This document shows positions 37,488 through 46,502 of a stretch of DNA of 64,000 nucleotides, piece after piece (the first letter of the stretch is position 1; every line of letters begins with the position of its first letter). Location of the stretch: NCBI GenBank assembly GCA_016192915.1, contig JACPTF010000010.1, forward strand, positions 48,804 through 112,803. The letters are read 5' to 3'. Below the pieces are notes generated by a model. That model made no database searches, was not told the origin of the DNA, and saw nothing but the letters and a program-made list of their open reading frames with translations. Source of the stretch: Candidatus Woesearchaeota archaeon (GTDB lineage Archaea; Nanobdellota; Nanobdellia; Woesearchaeales; UBA10216). The translations under genes were made by a program, and so were the position numbers.

Positions 37488-38858
37488 ATGAAGCCGAAAA
37501 AAGACTTGACAACAGGCAGCATCAGGAAGCACATTATCTTTCTCGCAGCTCCGATGCTAGTTGCGATGTTCATGCACAACCTGTTCACGCTGGTTGACAC
37601 GTTCTTCGTTGGAAAATTGGGTCCGGAGGCCATTGCTGCCGTTGCTGCTTCGTTTCCTGTGTTTTTCATCATAATAGCACTGATTACAGGATTAGGCATA
37701 GGCATAAACTCTTTCGTGGCAAGAAGCATCGGAGCCAGGGATTACGAAAAGGTAAGTATAATAGCGGAAAACGGCTTAATCATTGCAGCGGCACTGTACA
37801 TTCTGACGCTTGCCATAGGCTTCTTCACCATAAAGCCGCTAGTGGCATTCCTGGGGGCTCAACCGGATGTTGCAAGCTTCATGAGGGATTACATATCAGT
37901 AATATACGTTGGCAGCTTTGCATTCTTTTTTGGCAACGTAGCCAATGCAATGCTTCAGGGAGAAGGCAACACAAAAACCCCAATGAAGGCATTGGTGATT
38001 GCCAACATAGCAAACATTATCCTGGACCCAGCTTTCATATTCGGACTGGGGCCATTGCCTGCGCTTGGCGTAAAAGGTGCAGCAATAGCAACAATCATAT
38101 CTCAAATGATTGGCTCATTTTATTCCTACTCGCACCTTTTTAGCGGAAAAGCATTTGTCAAGCTGAGGTTCAAGAAGCTCGTTTACTCCGGCCAGATAGT
38201 CAAAGGCATCCTGAAAGTCAGCCTCCCAACGTCAGCAGCCCAGGGTGCCATAGCTGTTGGGATATTCTTCGTGAACAAGCTCGTTGCAACGTTTGGCAGC
38301 GCAGCATTGGCAGGGTTCGGCATAGCTTTCAGAATGGAATCATTAGCGATACTGCCTGCCCTAGCTCTGGGCATTGCAAACCTGACAACTATAGGCCAGA
38401 ACATTGGTGCAAAGCAGTATGACAGGGCAAGGCTTGCCTCCATATTTTCCTCGATAAGCGCTTTCCTCTTCATGGAGGCTGTTGGCATAATGTTCTTCCT
38501 TACCTCGCCACTGTGGATTTCGATATTCACCAGCAGCCCCGAAGTAATTGCCTATGGAGAACAGTATTTCGGCATCGTCGCGCTCGCCTACGGCTTCATA
38601 GGGCTGAGGTTTATCGCTGCAAACTCGTTCCAAGGCCTTGGAAAAGCCTGGCAGGTGCTGGCAATAACAGCCTCAACTTTCGCAGTAATGATACCTCTCG
38701 CCCTTTTCCTTAGCCACAAATTCGGCATAACCGGCGTGTGGTGGGGAGTGGCAAGTGCCAACGTAGCGGCAGGCCTGTTTGCGCAGCTGTGGTTCCAGAA
38801 CACGCTCAAGCATGCTGAGAGGATGCACTTGAAGAATGATATGGTCAGGACCACCTGA
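37488..38858 (+). CDS. MATE-family multidrug/oligosaccharide efflux transporter
   Basis: 12-TM protein with duplicated six-helix halves typical of MATE. Confidence 0.8.
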   Translation: MKPKKDLTTGSIRKHIIFLAAPMLVAMFMHNLFTLVDTFFVGKLGPEAIAAVAASFPVFFIIIALITGLGIGINSFVARSIGARDYEKVSIIAENGLIIAAALYILTLAIGFFTIKPLVAFLGAQPDVASFMRDYISVIYVGSFAFFFGNVANAMLQGEGNTKTPMKALVIANIANIILDPAFIFGLGPLPALGVKGAAIATIISQMIGSFYSYSHLFSGKAFVKLRFKKLVYSGQIVKGILKVSLPTSAAQGAIAVGIFFVNKLVATFGSAALAGFGIAFRMESLAILPALALGIANLTTIGQNIGAKQYDRARLASIFSSISAFLFMEAVGIMFFLTSPLWISIFTSSPEVIAYGEQYFGIVALAYGFIGLRFIAANSFQGLGKAWQVLAITASTFAVMIPLALFLSHKFGITGVWWGVASANVAAGLFAQLWFQNTLKHAERMHLKNDMVRTT

Positions 38859-39594
38859 GATTTCCTTCGCGAGGAACAGTAACAGGTCTAAGCGGCTTAG
38901 GGTCGTGTAAAGCAGCAGTAAGGTTTTCGTAGGTAGCCTGCAATGCTCGCGCTCTTTCAACTTCACCGTTTATTTCAGCCAAGCCAATAGTGGCTTTGCA
39001 CCTTTCACCAAACAAATCAATAAAGCCATAAAGCTCCCGGCGGGCAATTCTTTCAAGTGGAACGCCAAACAGTTGTAAAACCCTGTCAACTAAATCCAGT
39101 TGCTGAATGGCTGCAACTTCCCATTTAGGATCATACCTTACAAATTTTCGCGCGAGTAAAATTCCTCCTTCAACAAGCTTACTCCTAACGTCCAAGGCTA
39201 TGTTGTGCCTAAACCCATTCCACACGTCTACAGGCGACTCAAACCTAGCCCCTTCCAAGTGAGCCATTCCCACGGTGTTCAAGAAATTTCTAACTCCTTC
39301 TTGATTAGGCACGGTGGCGTATTTGCCTGCGCGGTCTACTATTGCTAAAAGGTAACTTTTGGGCTCGGATAATCTAGTTCTATCAATTGGGGGACCTAAA
39401 TCGCCAAGAAGATACTCAGGTGTGAAAATCTGCGGCACTCTTCTTACCAAACCCTTATGTTGTTCCTCTTTCTTTTCTTCTTGCCCAACAACTAAATTAA
39501 CAAGCCCTTCAAATCTTCTCGGTGCCTCGAGTAACCTAACCCCTCTTACATACTGCTGTGTAGCTAACGCCTTAGTCTGTTCTTTGCCTGCCAC
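38845..39594 (-). CDS. Hypothetical protein (249 aa)
   Basis: ORF only. Confidence 0.4.
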   Translation of the reverse strand: MAGKEQTKALATQQYVRGVRLLEAPRRFEGLVNLVVGQEEKKEEQHKGLVRRVPQIFTPEYLLGDLGPPIDRTRLSEPKSYLLAIVDRAGKYATVPNQEGVRNFLNTVGMAHLEGARFESPVDVWNGFRHNIALDVRSKLVEGGILLARKFVRYDPKWEVAAIQQLDLVDRVLQLFGVPLERIARRELYGFIDLFGERCKATIGLAEINGEVERARALQATYENLTAALHDPKPLRPVTVPREGNLRWS

Positions 39595-39595
39595 T

Positions 39596-40159
39596 TTACC
39601 TTTTCACCTCAATCTCCCCAATCTTTGCCCTTAGCTGCTCAATCGTCTTGGTGTTGTCCTGGTGCTGAAGCGTTGAGCCGCACTCGGGGCACTTGAAGCT
39701 TATCTCAGCAGCCTTCTCGAATTCCAGCCTGACGCAAAGGGTCGGGCAGATGTAGAACAATCCCTCATTGGACTCCTCCTTGTGAAGCCTTTCCTTAAAC
39801 TGCTGAAGCTTCTGCTGCTTAGTGGCAAGAGCAAGATAGTCAAAGTTTTCCGGTTTCAGGGTCCAGTAGCTGATGTACCAGCCCTTCTGCCTGTCCTTCT
39901 TCCTGTAGTAACTGACAAGGTTGCTGGTCTGCATCGCATAAAGCATCTTCCTCACAGAGTTAACCTCTGCCTTTATGCTCTCAGCTATCTTGAACTCAGA
40001 AATGTTCTTCTTGCCCTTAAGGTACTGCACAATCGGCACAGCTTCCTGGCCAACAACCTCGGCAACAGTCTGAAGATGGCCGCTTTTCCTTACTGCTGCG
40101 GCAAGGGGCATTGCCTTCTGCATTCTATTAATCCTTTGGGCTTTCAAAACCTGCATCAT
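39596..40159 (-). CDS. tfe: Transcription factor E (TFIIE-alpha homologue)
   Basis: N-terminal winged-helix region plus C-terminal zinc ribbon CPTLC...CPECG. Confidence 0.7.
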   Translation of the reverse strand: MMQVLKAQRINRMQKAMPLAAAVRKSGHLQTVAEVVGQEAVPIVQYLKGKKNISEFKIAESIKAEVNSVRKMLYAMQTSNLVSYYRKKDRQKGWYISYWTLKPENFDYLALATKQQKLQQFKERLHKEESNEGLFYICPTLCVRLEFEKAAEISFKCPECGSTLQHQDNTKTIEQLRAKIGEIEVKR

Positions 40160-40410
40160 TTTTGTTTACTCATTCTCCTTTCTTAGTTTCTTTCTATTTT
40201 CAAACTACTATGGCTGCTTGAATTTACAACCCGCCTGCCTGAAAAGAGCCAAAAAAGCGGACTATGCTGGCTATCCCAAAAGCCAGCTAATTCACCCCTG
40301 TAGAATATTCTGGACGAACTAGTATAAATACTTTTCGCTTTCTTGTCATTACGAGGTAGTAAAAGAAGTTATAAACGGGCTTCCATGCCCGTTTTTGGGC
40401 TTCTTCAGGC

Positions 40411-40647
40411 CTACTTGCCCTTCTTCGCAGGCATGTCTGCCTTGCAGTGCCCGCAATTAGGCATGACAAATTTGATGGCGCCCTTTATGATGAACAGCAC
40501 TGCGAAAAACGCCAGCCACTGGTCAAATCCGCCTGTCCACTTTGGCCACACATAGATGTTAAGCAGCACCAAACCGCCAAGAACTACCTTCATTACAGCA
40601 TGGCACTTATTGCACACGCCATCACTGCAGTTTCCTCCTCCACACAT
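40411..40647 (-). CDS. Small Cys-rich membrane protein (start trimmed to MCGGG)
   Basis: CxxC..C and CGHC motifs flank two TM helices. Confidence 0.3.
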   Translation of the reverse strand: MCGGGNCSDGVCNKCHAVMKVVLGGLVLLNIYVWPKWTGGFDQWLAFFAVLFIIKGAIKFVMPNCGHCKADMPAKKGK

Positions 40648-40660
40648 ACGCAACACCTCT

Positions 40661-41602
40661 TTAGAGCCCTTCTGGGCTTTTACTAGGCTGTTTTTCCGCT
40701 TTGGAGTATAAAAACCTATCGGATTTTTGGCGCCCCTCAACCATCTGCCGTGTAGGTATGTTAGAAGGCCCTTTTCCCTCAACTGTGAACGCAGCTGCAG
40801 AGTGTGCGAGTGTAAGCGCCTCTTCCACTGAAGTGGTTTCGTAATACATTATTGCAAATGCTGCTGCAAAGACATCACCTGCTCCTGTGGGATCAACAGT
40901 CTTTGCTTTGAAAGCAGGACTGAACACCTCCTTCACACCAGAACGGGCTGTTGCTCCACGCTCGCCATGGGTTAGAACCACAACGCTGCCAAAGCCTCTG
41001 CCGCGGCTTTTTCCAATAAGCTTTTCATAGTTGCCAAGAACATCGCCGTTGCCGCCAACGTCTTCCTCGCTCAGGACAAGCACGTCAACCAGCGGAAGCA
41101 CTTCATCAGCAGCTGCCCATTCTTTCAGGCTGATGGCGTTTCCTTCCCGCAGCCACTGCCTCATCCAGCCCTGGGGTGTTACAACAACCAGCGATTCTGG
41201 ATAAAGCGCAGTAACCGCACTGACAAGATCGCTGCTGTACTCGCCAGCAACAGGGCAGAAGAAAAGTATGTCAGGATTTACAGAGCCAACTGCAAGTGCC
41301 TTGAGAAGGCTTTCTGTATCAAGTTTCTCGCCTGCTTTTTCAAGCGTCATTTGCCTGCTGCCACCGGAATAGCTAATGCCAAAAGTCGTTGTTGACCTCC
41401 TGCTGTGGCGGATGACTTTCAAGCCTTCAAGCAGCGGCATAAAAGCTTCATAATCTGATGCGAAGTTTGTAGCAATTACAGCATTCCATCCAAGCTTCTT
41501 TGCAGCAACTGCGCTGTACAGGACAGAGCCTCCGGCGCGCTTTCCAGAAGATGTGCTGTCAATGCAGGCGTTCCCTATTGCCAAAAATGTCTGCACCACC
41601 AT
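40661..41602 (-). CDS. PfkB-family carbohydrate kinase (ribokinase-like). The ORF-track N-terminus was trimmed because it overlaps tRNA-Thr.
   Basis: C-terminal DPTGAGDVFAAAF motif and a GG N-terminal motif. Start MVVQTFLAIGNA. Confidence 0.7.
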   Translation of the reverse strand: MVVQTFLAIGNACIDSTSSGKRAGGSVLYSAVAAKKLGWNAVIATNFASDYEAFMPLLEGLKVIRHSRRSTTTFGISYSGGSRQMTLEKAGEKLDTESLLKALAVGSVNPDILFFCPVAGEYSSDLVSAVTALYPESLVVVTPQGWMRQWLREGNAISLKEWAAADEVLPLVDVLVLSEEDVGGNGDVLGNYEKLIGKSRGRGFGSVVVLTHGERGATARSGVKEVFSPAFKAKTVDPTGAGDVFAAAFAIMYYETTSVEEALTLAHSAAAFTVEGKGPSNIPTRQMVEGRQKSDRFLYSKAEKQPSKSPEGL

Positions 41603-41644
41603 ATGCTCCAGTCCATGGCTTTTCTGTTCACTGCGCATGAAAAA

Positions 41645-41760
41645 AGCCCCTGGCGAGAGTTGAACTCGCGGCCTACTGCTATTTCTTCCTTTTTGGTCAA
41701 GCTTTTTGCTTGCAAAAAGGTTGTACGAAGCAGTCGCTCTGGCCACTGAGCTACAGGGGC
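41645..41760 (-). tRNA. tRNA-Thr(CGT) with a ~43-nt intron at the canonical position
   Basis: Reverse complement reads GCCCCTG-TA-GCTC..GAGC-G-ACTGC-TTCGTA-[intron with hairpin ctttttgc/gcaaaaag]-A-GCAGT-AGGCC-GCGAG-TTCAACT-CTCGC-CAGGGGC-T, followed by TTTT. Confidence 0.7.
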
Positions 41761-41793
41761 GCAACCCTTTTGCTAAAAGGGTTGATCGAAAAA

Positions 41794-41952
41794 CTACTTC
41801 AACTGCTGCAGCAATTGTAACTTATCTTTAAACCTTGACTGGCACTCAAAGCAAACAGCGTGAAGCTTGCCCTTGCTGTCTTTGACATAGGTCCCTTTTA
41901 CCTTGCCCAAAAAGGTCGTTGCAATTGCCTTGCCGCAGACTTCGCACTTCAT
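41794..41952 (-). CDS. Small zinc-ribbon protein (52 aa, below the ORF-track cutoff)
   Basis: Hand translation gives MKCEVCGKAIATTFLGKVKGTYVKDSKGKLHAVCFECQSRFKDKLQLLQQLK, i.e. CxxC...CxxC. Confidence 0.3.
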   Translation of the reverse strand: MKCEVCGKAIATTFLGKVKGTYVKDSKGKLHAVCFECQSRFKDKLQLLQQLK

Positions 41953-42602
41953 AAGCACATGTTGCTGATGGCAATTTTATAAATCTTTGCCGCTGCTGTA
42001 AAAAGAGGGGGGCGCCGCAGCCGGGAATCTCATCCGGCTCTGCAGCCAGATTTTGAACCCGGATGAAGTTCGGGAAAACTTCACCAGTTTTTCAAACAGG
42101 CGCAATAACCTGATTCTGCCACCGCGGCAACTCCCATTTTACACTTACCATCAATTCTTGATATGCTTATCGCCTGGATTTACGGAAATTTTACGTCAAA
42201 GTGGTAATTCTTTCCGTCTATTCCGTGAATTTTTTGCATTTTCTGCAATTTGACGGAAATTTTTCCTTTGCCCCGCAATTTTTCTGGCTGTGTTGGGTGT
42301 CCAATAGGGTGCTTTCAAGTTAAGTGGCAAAGCCGACTTTGGTGCTGCGCACTTCCTTTCCCTCCCCTACGCTTAGCGTGGGGAGAGGAAAGCAACCCAA
42401 ATGCAGTTTGGGCAAAGTCGGCAACAAAAGACACCTAACTTGGCATTATCGTCCAATAGAAAAGATTAAATAGTAGAAGAAGGATTCAATAGTCAAGAAG
42501 TTCGGGAAAGCTGAAACATTAATCTGGTTCTGTCTTTTTTCTTTTTTTCGGGTACAGCTTCGGCGAAACTAATAAATACCCGGTTATCTGAGAGCAAAGG
42601 CA

Positions 42603-42911
42603 ATGATTAGCGTCTACATCACCTGCAAGGACATGGCAGAGGCAAAGCTGATAGCTGGCCATCTGCTTGAGAAACGGCTTATAGCCTGCGCCAACATTTT
42701 CCCTGTCACTAGCATGTTCCACTGGGCGGGAAAGGTTGCCAGCGAGCCAGAGGTCTCGATGCTGTGCAAAGCCAAGAAGGAAAGCTTCGCCAGAATAAAG
42801 GAGGAAGTTAGGCAGCTGCACAGCTACGAGATACCCTGCATAGTTGCACTGCCATGGCACGAAAGCGATGAGGAGTACAGGAAGTGGGTTGAGGAGGAGA
42901 CTAAAGCGTGA
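42603..42911 (+). CDS. cutA: Divalent-cation tolerance protein CutA
   Basis: MISVYITC...AEAKLIAGHLLEKRLIACANI is a CutA1 signature. 102 aa. Confidence 0.8.
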   Translation: MISVYITCKDMAEAKLIAGHLLEKRLIACANIFPVTSMFHWAGKVASEPEVSMLCKAKKESFARIKEEVRQLHSYEIPCIVALPWHESDEEYRKWVEEETKA

Positions 42912-42937
42912 TTTAAGTTTATGCTGATAATCCTGCG

Positions 42938-43693
42938 TCAGCCAGAAGCTGCTTCTGCCGGTCGCACACCAGCTTTTAAATTTGTAGTGTCGTAACCTGC
43001 TATCTCACAAGCCCTTACAAAGTAATTCAAATATGTCCTCTGGCGTGGGTCTTTGCTCATCAGCCCCTTGCCACTAGTGCTGCGGATGTTATCCAAGTTT
43101 CCACTTGCAAGGAGATCTTCTAGATCACCTTCAGTTAAGACTCCGCTGTGTTCAAGCATTCTTATAATCATGCCAGTACTTTGGTGAATAGCTTTTTGAT
43201 CATATTCTGGATGAGCCTCTTTGGCTGCTTGTTCTAGTGGCCCATACAAAAGCTCCTTGATAGGTTTGCCTTTTTCTCCCAAATACTTTTCTAAGCCAAA
43301 ATATGAGCGTGCGTTTTTAATCGGCGCATTTGGATCTACTAGTTCAACAATCTTGGACATACCCTTGGGCCATTCCCTTAAAATCTTTCTTACTTGAGCT
43401 TCGATGCCGTTTCCTCTCTTTGGTTCAAGGCCAACTTCCTCTGCTAACGCAACAGCTTCGCCCACGTCTACTGGTCTTCGGGTTACTCTTTCTAGGAGCC
43501 TCCTCCTGAACACTTCCGCAGCGTACTGGTCTATTGGAACATAGCCTCTAAACACACCGTAATCTATCACGCGCCCTCCGCCATACAACTGACTTTGCCC
43601 GCTCACGCTTGTGCCAGTAGGCTTTTGGCCGACTCCAGAAATATCTGTTTTAACTCTCCGACCATTTTCTTTTTGTTTAGACATTCCAGTCAA
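42938..43693 (-). CDS. Hypothetical protein (251 aa), third gene of the pyrH-downstream operon
   Basis: 4-nt overlap with the upstream 929-aa gene. No motifs recognized. Confidence 0.45.
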   Translation of the reverse strand: MTGMSKQKENGRRVKTDISGVGQKPTGTSVSGQSQLYGGGRVIDYGVFRGYVPIDQYAAEVFRRRLLERVTRRPVDVGEAVALAEEVGLEPKRGNGIEAQVRKILREWPKGMSKIVELVDPNAPIKNARSYFGLEKYLGEKGKPIKELLYGPLEQAAKEAHPEYDQKAIHQSTGMIIRMLEHSGVLTEGDLEDLLASGNLDNIRSTSGKGLMSKDPRQRTYLNYFVRACEIAGYDTTNLKAGVRPAEAASG

Positions 43694-46479
43694 TACCCCA
43701 ACCTAACTAATTCTCTACTCGGGAGTGCACCATTCTTTATAAATTTTGCTTTGGGATTGGATTTCACAGTTTCATGAGTTACTTCTGTCCCTGCATACTC
43801 AACTACTTTTTTCCGCTGCCCTGCCCTGTCGATTAAGGCATACCAGTCGCGCACCGTTCCTACCCGTTGCAAAAACCAATACAAACGATTATCGCTTCGC
43901 AGCCTTATGAACTCCGGATTCAGCACCCAAAGGTCGTCAATGGCTTCTGGCTTCATTGGCATGCTCAGTGAGCCTATACGAATAGTTACCGCGCGCTGAC
44001 CTGTCATATATCTTTCCATCACACTTAGTGCAGGCAAAACATCGTCATAAGAGACTGGCCTGCCGTAGCGCTGCGCAATGAGCGGATGCTTGCCAACCTC
44101 GTTAATTATTTCCTCTACGCTTGGGTCATGGTCGCGGCTTCCTGTTTGCTTCTCCTTTTCCAAGTCGCGGGTGTAATGCCTTACGATATTCATCATCAGG
44201 CGGCTAAACAGGATATCCGGCACTGCCGGCTCAGTACCTTTTTCACGTCCATTACCCTCCGAGTGGGTAAAGTGGCTATACCCCACAAAAGCGAGGCCAC
44301 TGATTTCAGGGCCGAGGCGCCTTGCCTCGCCATTGGGCAGGATTCTGGGAATAACCCCTGCCATGTAAAGGAAAACCCCGAGCTTGTAAGCCAGAATAAC
44401 CCTTTCCTTCGGCGAGTTTGCCAGCAAAGCATCCTTCTTTGAGAAAAACATGTAGCAAAACTCTTCAACCCCCTGCTGAAGCCCGTACGTTGACAGAGCC
44501 TCTTCAACTACTGCCTCAAGCCCGGTCCCTTTGAAAGCTTTGCTCGAGCCATACGAGCCAGCAGCCCATTCCTGCCTTCTGTCAGCAACTACCAGGCTTC
44601 CGCTTCTGTTAATGATTAGATGCAGGGCATAAGCCGGATTGGACCAATCCAAATGTTTCCTTTCGCTGTAGAACTCGAGCAGTGCAGAAACTGAGTCAAG
44701 TTTTTTTGGCCCTGTTCTGCCTATCAGGACAATGTTGTTGTGAGTTAATCTGTCCAGCCCTCTCCTTGCAAAATAGTCCCTTTGCTGTCCCTTTTGCTGC
44801 AGCAGATGGTTCAGTATTCTTAATTGCTCTTCCCTTCTGTCCGCCTGCTCAGCCTCCCTGTAACCTGGCAATGCGTAAAGCGCGTCTTCTATTGCTTCAA
44901 CTGCTAGCTGTGACGATTTCTCACCCCTCTGCCAAATGTCCTTTTCTGTAATCCTCCATGCTGCCACATAGGTTGGCTGTGTCCTATTGAACCAGTCTAG
45001 ACCCATATTTTCGCTATAGAATTCCAGAACTGCTTTAGGCGACTGCCCTTTTCTGATACCAGCTCTGCCTTTAGTGTCCACAAATCTTTGCATCAAGCCT
45101 GATAGTCCTGCTTTCTCAAAAAAGTCTGTCAGTGCCGTATGCAGTATTAGCTGATTAACTATTCTGACTTGCTCTTCACGGTTGCCCGAGTCTTCAGCCT
45201 GCCTGAAGCCTGGTAGTGTGCGCAGAACGTCTTGTATCGCTTCCAAGGCAAGCTGGACAGACTCCTCACCCCTTTGCCACTTATATCTTTCTCGAATCTT
45301 CCATCCGGGCACATAGGTTAGCTGTGTCCTGTCAAACCAGCCTAAGCCTTTCTGCTTGTTGTAGAATTCAAGGACAGCCCTAGGAGAGTATTCCTTTTTT
45401 ATCCCCTCTTTCCCAGTTACGTCCACAAAACTGCTCATTAACCAATTCAATCCGCGCGAGGAGAAATAGTCTGTTAGACTCGGTGTTTGCTCTATTAGTT
45501 CTGTAATAATTCTAACCTGCTCAGCTCGGTTGCTGGTTTCTTCTGCATCCCTGTAGCCAGGTTGGGTATATAGAACTTCCTGAATTGCGTTCAGAGCAGT
45601 CTGGACAGACGCTTGCCCACTTTTCCACTTAGGTATCTGAGGAATTTTGTGAAGCAGTTCAGGATTTATTGATTTCACAATCCCGCTTATCCCGTGGCTT
45701 CTTTCCAGAAGGGTCCTGAGGCCAAGCAGCTTTAACCTTTTTTCCAGGGAGGGCATTCCTGCACTGGAAGCTACTCTTAATATTCTTTGCACTATGGGCA
45801 TGCTGGTTTCATCTAAAGCAACCATAGGGCTAGGCAACCCACGCCCATGGCCCGCTATGCGTAGCCTTTGATACTCTTGAAACTCAGCGTAAAGCTTTCT
45901 CGCTTCTGGCGGAAGAGTGCCTAACCATCCAATGGTTTGACTAAGCATACTCCTATCCGAGATGTCCTCAGGGGTCAGGTCTGTGCTGCCTAAAATGCTG
46001 GCAAGATTACCAGTGTCACCAAGCGTGTCAACCAAGAACTGGAACTTTTCCTCTGGTAAGCTTTGCCTAATTATGCTCAAAAGCCTCTCTCCCTTAGCTT
46101 CAGCTGCCTTAAGCTCGACTTCTGTTCGCTCTTCAGGGGCGGCCAGAACTTGTTCAAGGGTAAATCCTGTGTCAGTCAAAGGAGCGTTTAACGACACAGG
46201 CTCCCATTCTCTTCCTAGACGGTAATTATCTAAAATTTCGCCTAATGTTTGCTGTAGCCGTTCAGCAGTCGGCAAGCCAAACCGCCTTCTGTTTTGACTT
46301 GCAACGTTGCGCGCTAATTGGGTAAGCCTTTCCCTTTCATTTGAATCATCAATAAGCAAGCCGTAATACTGGCCAATAAACTTTTCTTCCTCTTGCTCGG
46401 ATAACACTCCTGTTTCAGCAGGCAGTGTAGTAGATAGTGCAGTTCTGCTCGCAGCTTCCATGCTGTTATTTAGAAGCAT
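43690..46479 (-). CDS. Large hypothetical protein (929 aa) with three internal ~110-aa tandem repeats
   Basis: Each repeat follows W(K/Q)xG(Q/E)xSxQxALxAIxxVLxxxPGxRxAE..NRxEQVRI...AVLEFY...W..RTQxTYV. The repeats are also visible at the nucleotide level (~44.9-45.7 kb). Confidence 0.5.
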   Translation of the reverse strand: MLLNNSMEAASRTALSTTLPAETGVLSEQEEEKFIGQYYGLLIDDSNERERLTQLARNVASQNRRRFGLPTAERLQQTLGEILDNYRLGREWEPVSLNAPLTDTGFTLEQVLAAPEERTEVELKAAEAKGERLLSIIRQSLPEEKFQFLVDTLGDTGNLASILGSTDLTPEDISDRSMLSQTIGWLGTLPPEARKLYAEFQEYQRLRIAGHGRGLPSPMVALDETSMPIVQRILRVASSAGMPSLEKRLKLLGLRTLLERSHGISGIVKSINPELLHKIPQIPKWKSGQASVQTALNAIQEVLYTQPGYRDAEETSNRAEQVRIITELIEQTPSLTDYFSSRGLNWLMSSFVDVTGKEGIKKEYSPRAVLEFYNKQKGLGWFDRTQLTYVPGWKIRERYKWQRGEESVQLALEAIQDVLRTLPGFRQAEDSGNREEQVRIVNQLILHTALTDFFEKAGLSGLMQRFVDTKGRAGIRKGQSPKAVLEFYSENMGLDWFNRTQPTYVAAWRITEKDIWQRGEKSSQLAVEAIEDALYALPGYREAEQADRREEQLRILNHLLQQKGQQRDYFARRGLDRLTHNNIVLIGRTGPKKLDSVSALLEFYSERKHLDWSNPAYALHLIINRSGSLVVADRRQEWAAGSYGSSKAFKGTGLEAVVEEALSTYGLQQGVEEFCYMFFSKKDALLANSPKERVILAYKLGVFLYMAGVIPRILPNGEARRLGPEISGLAFVGYSHFTHSEGNGREKGTEPAVPDILFSRLMMNIVRHYTRDLEKEKQTGSRDHDPSVEEIINEVGKHPLIAQRYGRPVSYDDVLPALSVMERYMTGQRAVTIRIGSLSMPMKPEAIDDLWVLNPEFIRLRSDNRLYWFLQRVGTVRDWYALIDRAGQRKKVVEYAGTEVTHETVKSNPKAKFIKNGALPSRELVRLGY
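44880..45700 (-). repeat. Three tandem ~330-bp intragenic repeats inside the 929-aa gene (approximate span)
   Basis: Recurrent strings such as ...ctcacccct(c/t)tgccaaatgtcc.../...ctcacccctttgccacttatatc... and ...cacataggtt(g/a)gctgtgtcct... Confidence 0.5.
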
Positions 46480-46502
46480 AGCGCAGTTAAAAAAGCTTTC
46501 TT

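Noticed and set aside
40661-41764. Full ORF-track extent of the PfkB kinase ORF (start at 41764)
   Set aside because: The first 54 codons overlap the tRNA-Thr gene on the same strand and read as translated tRNA. Trimmed to the internal ATG at 41602 (MVVQTF..).
42000-42110. tRNA-like fragment (ccgggttcaaaat on the minus strand; GC-rich stem on the plus strand)
   Set aside because: I could not assemble a complete cloverleaf with paired acceptor and anticodon stems on either strand. Left as part of the structured intergenic region.
44000-44300. Possible Fic/Doc toxin domain in the 929-aa protein (string EGNGR)
   Set aside because: The spacing does not fit the HxFx(D/E)GNGRxxR consensus (no properly placed His/Phe, no trailing Arg). 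Too weak to call.
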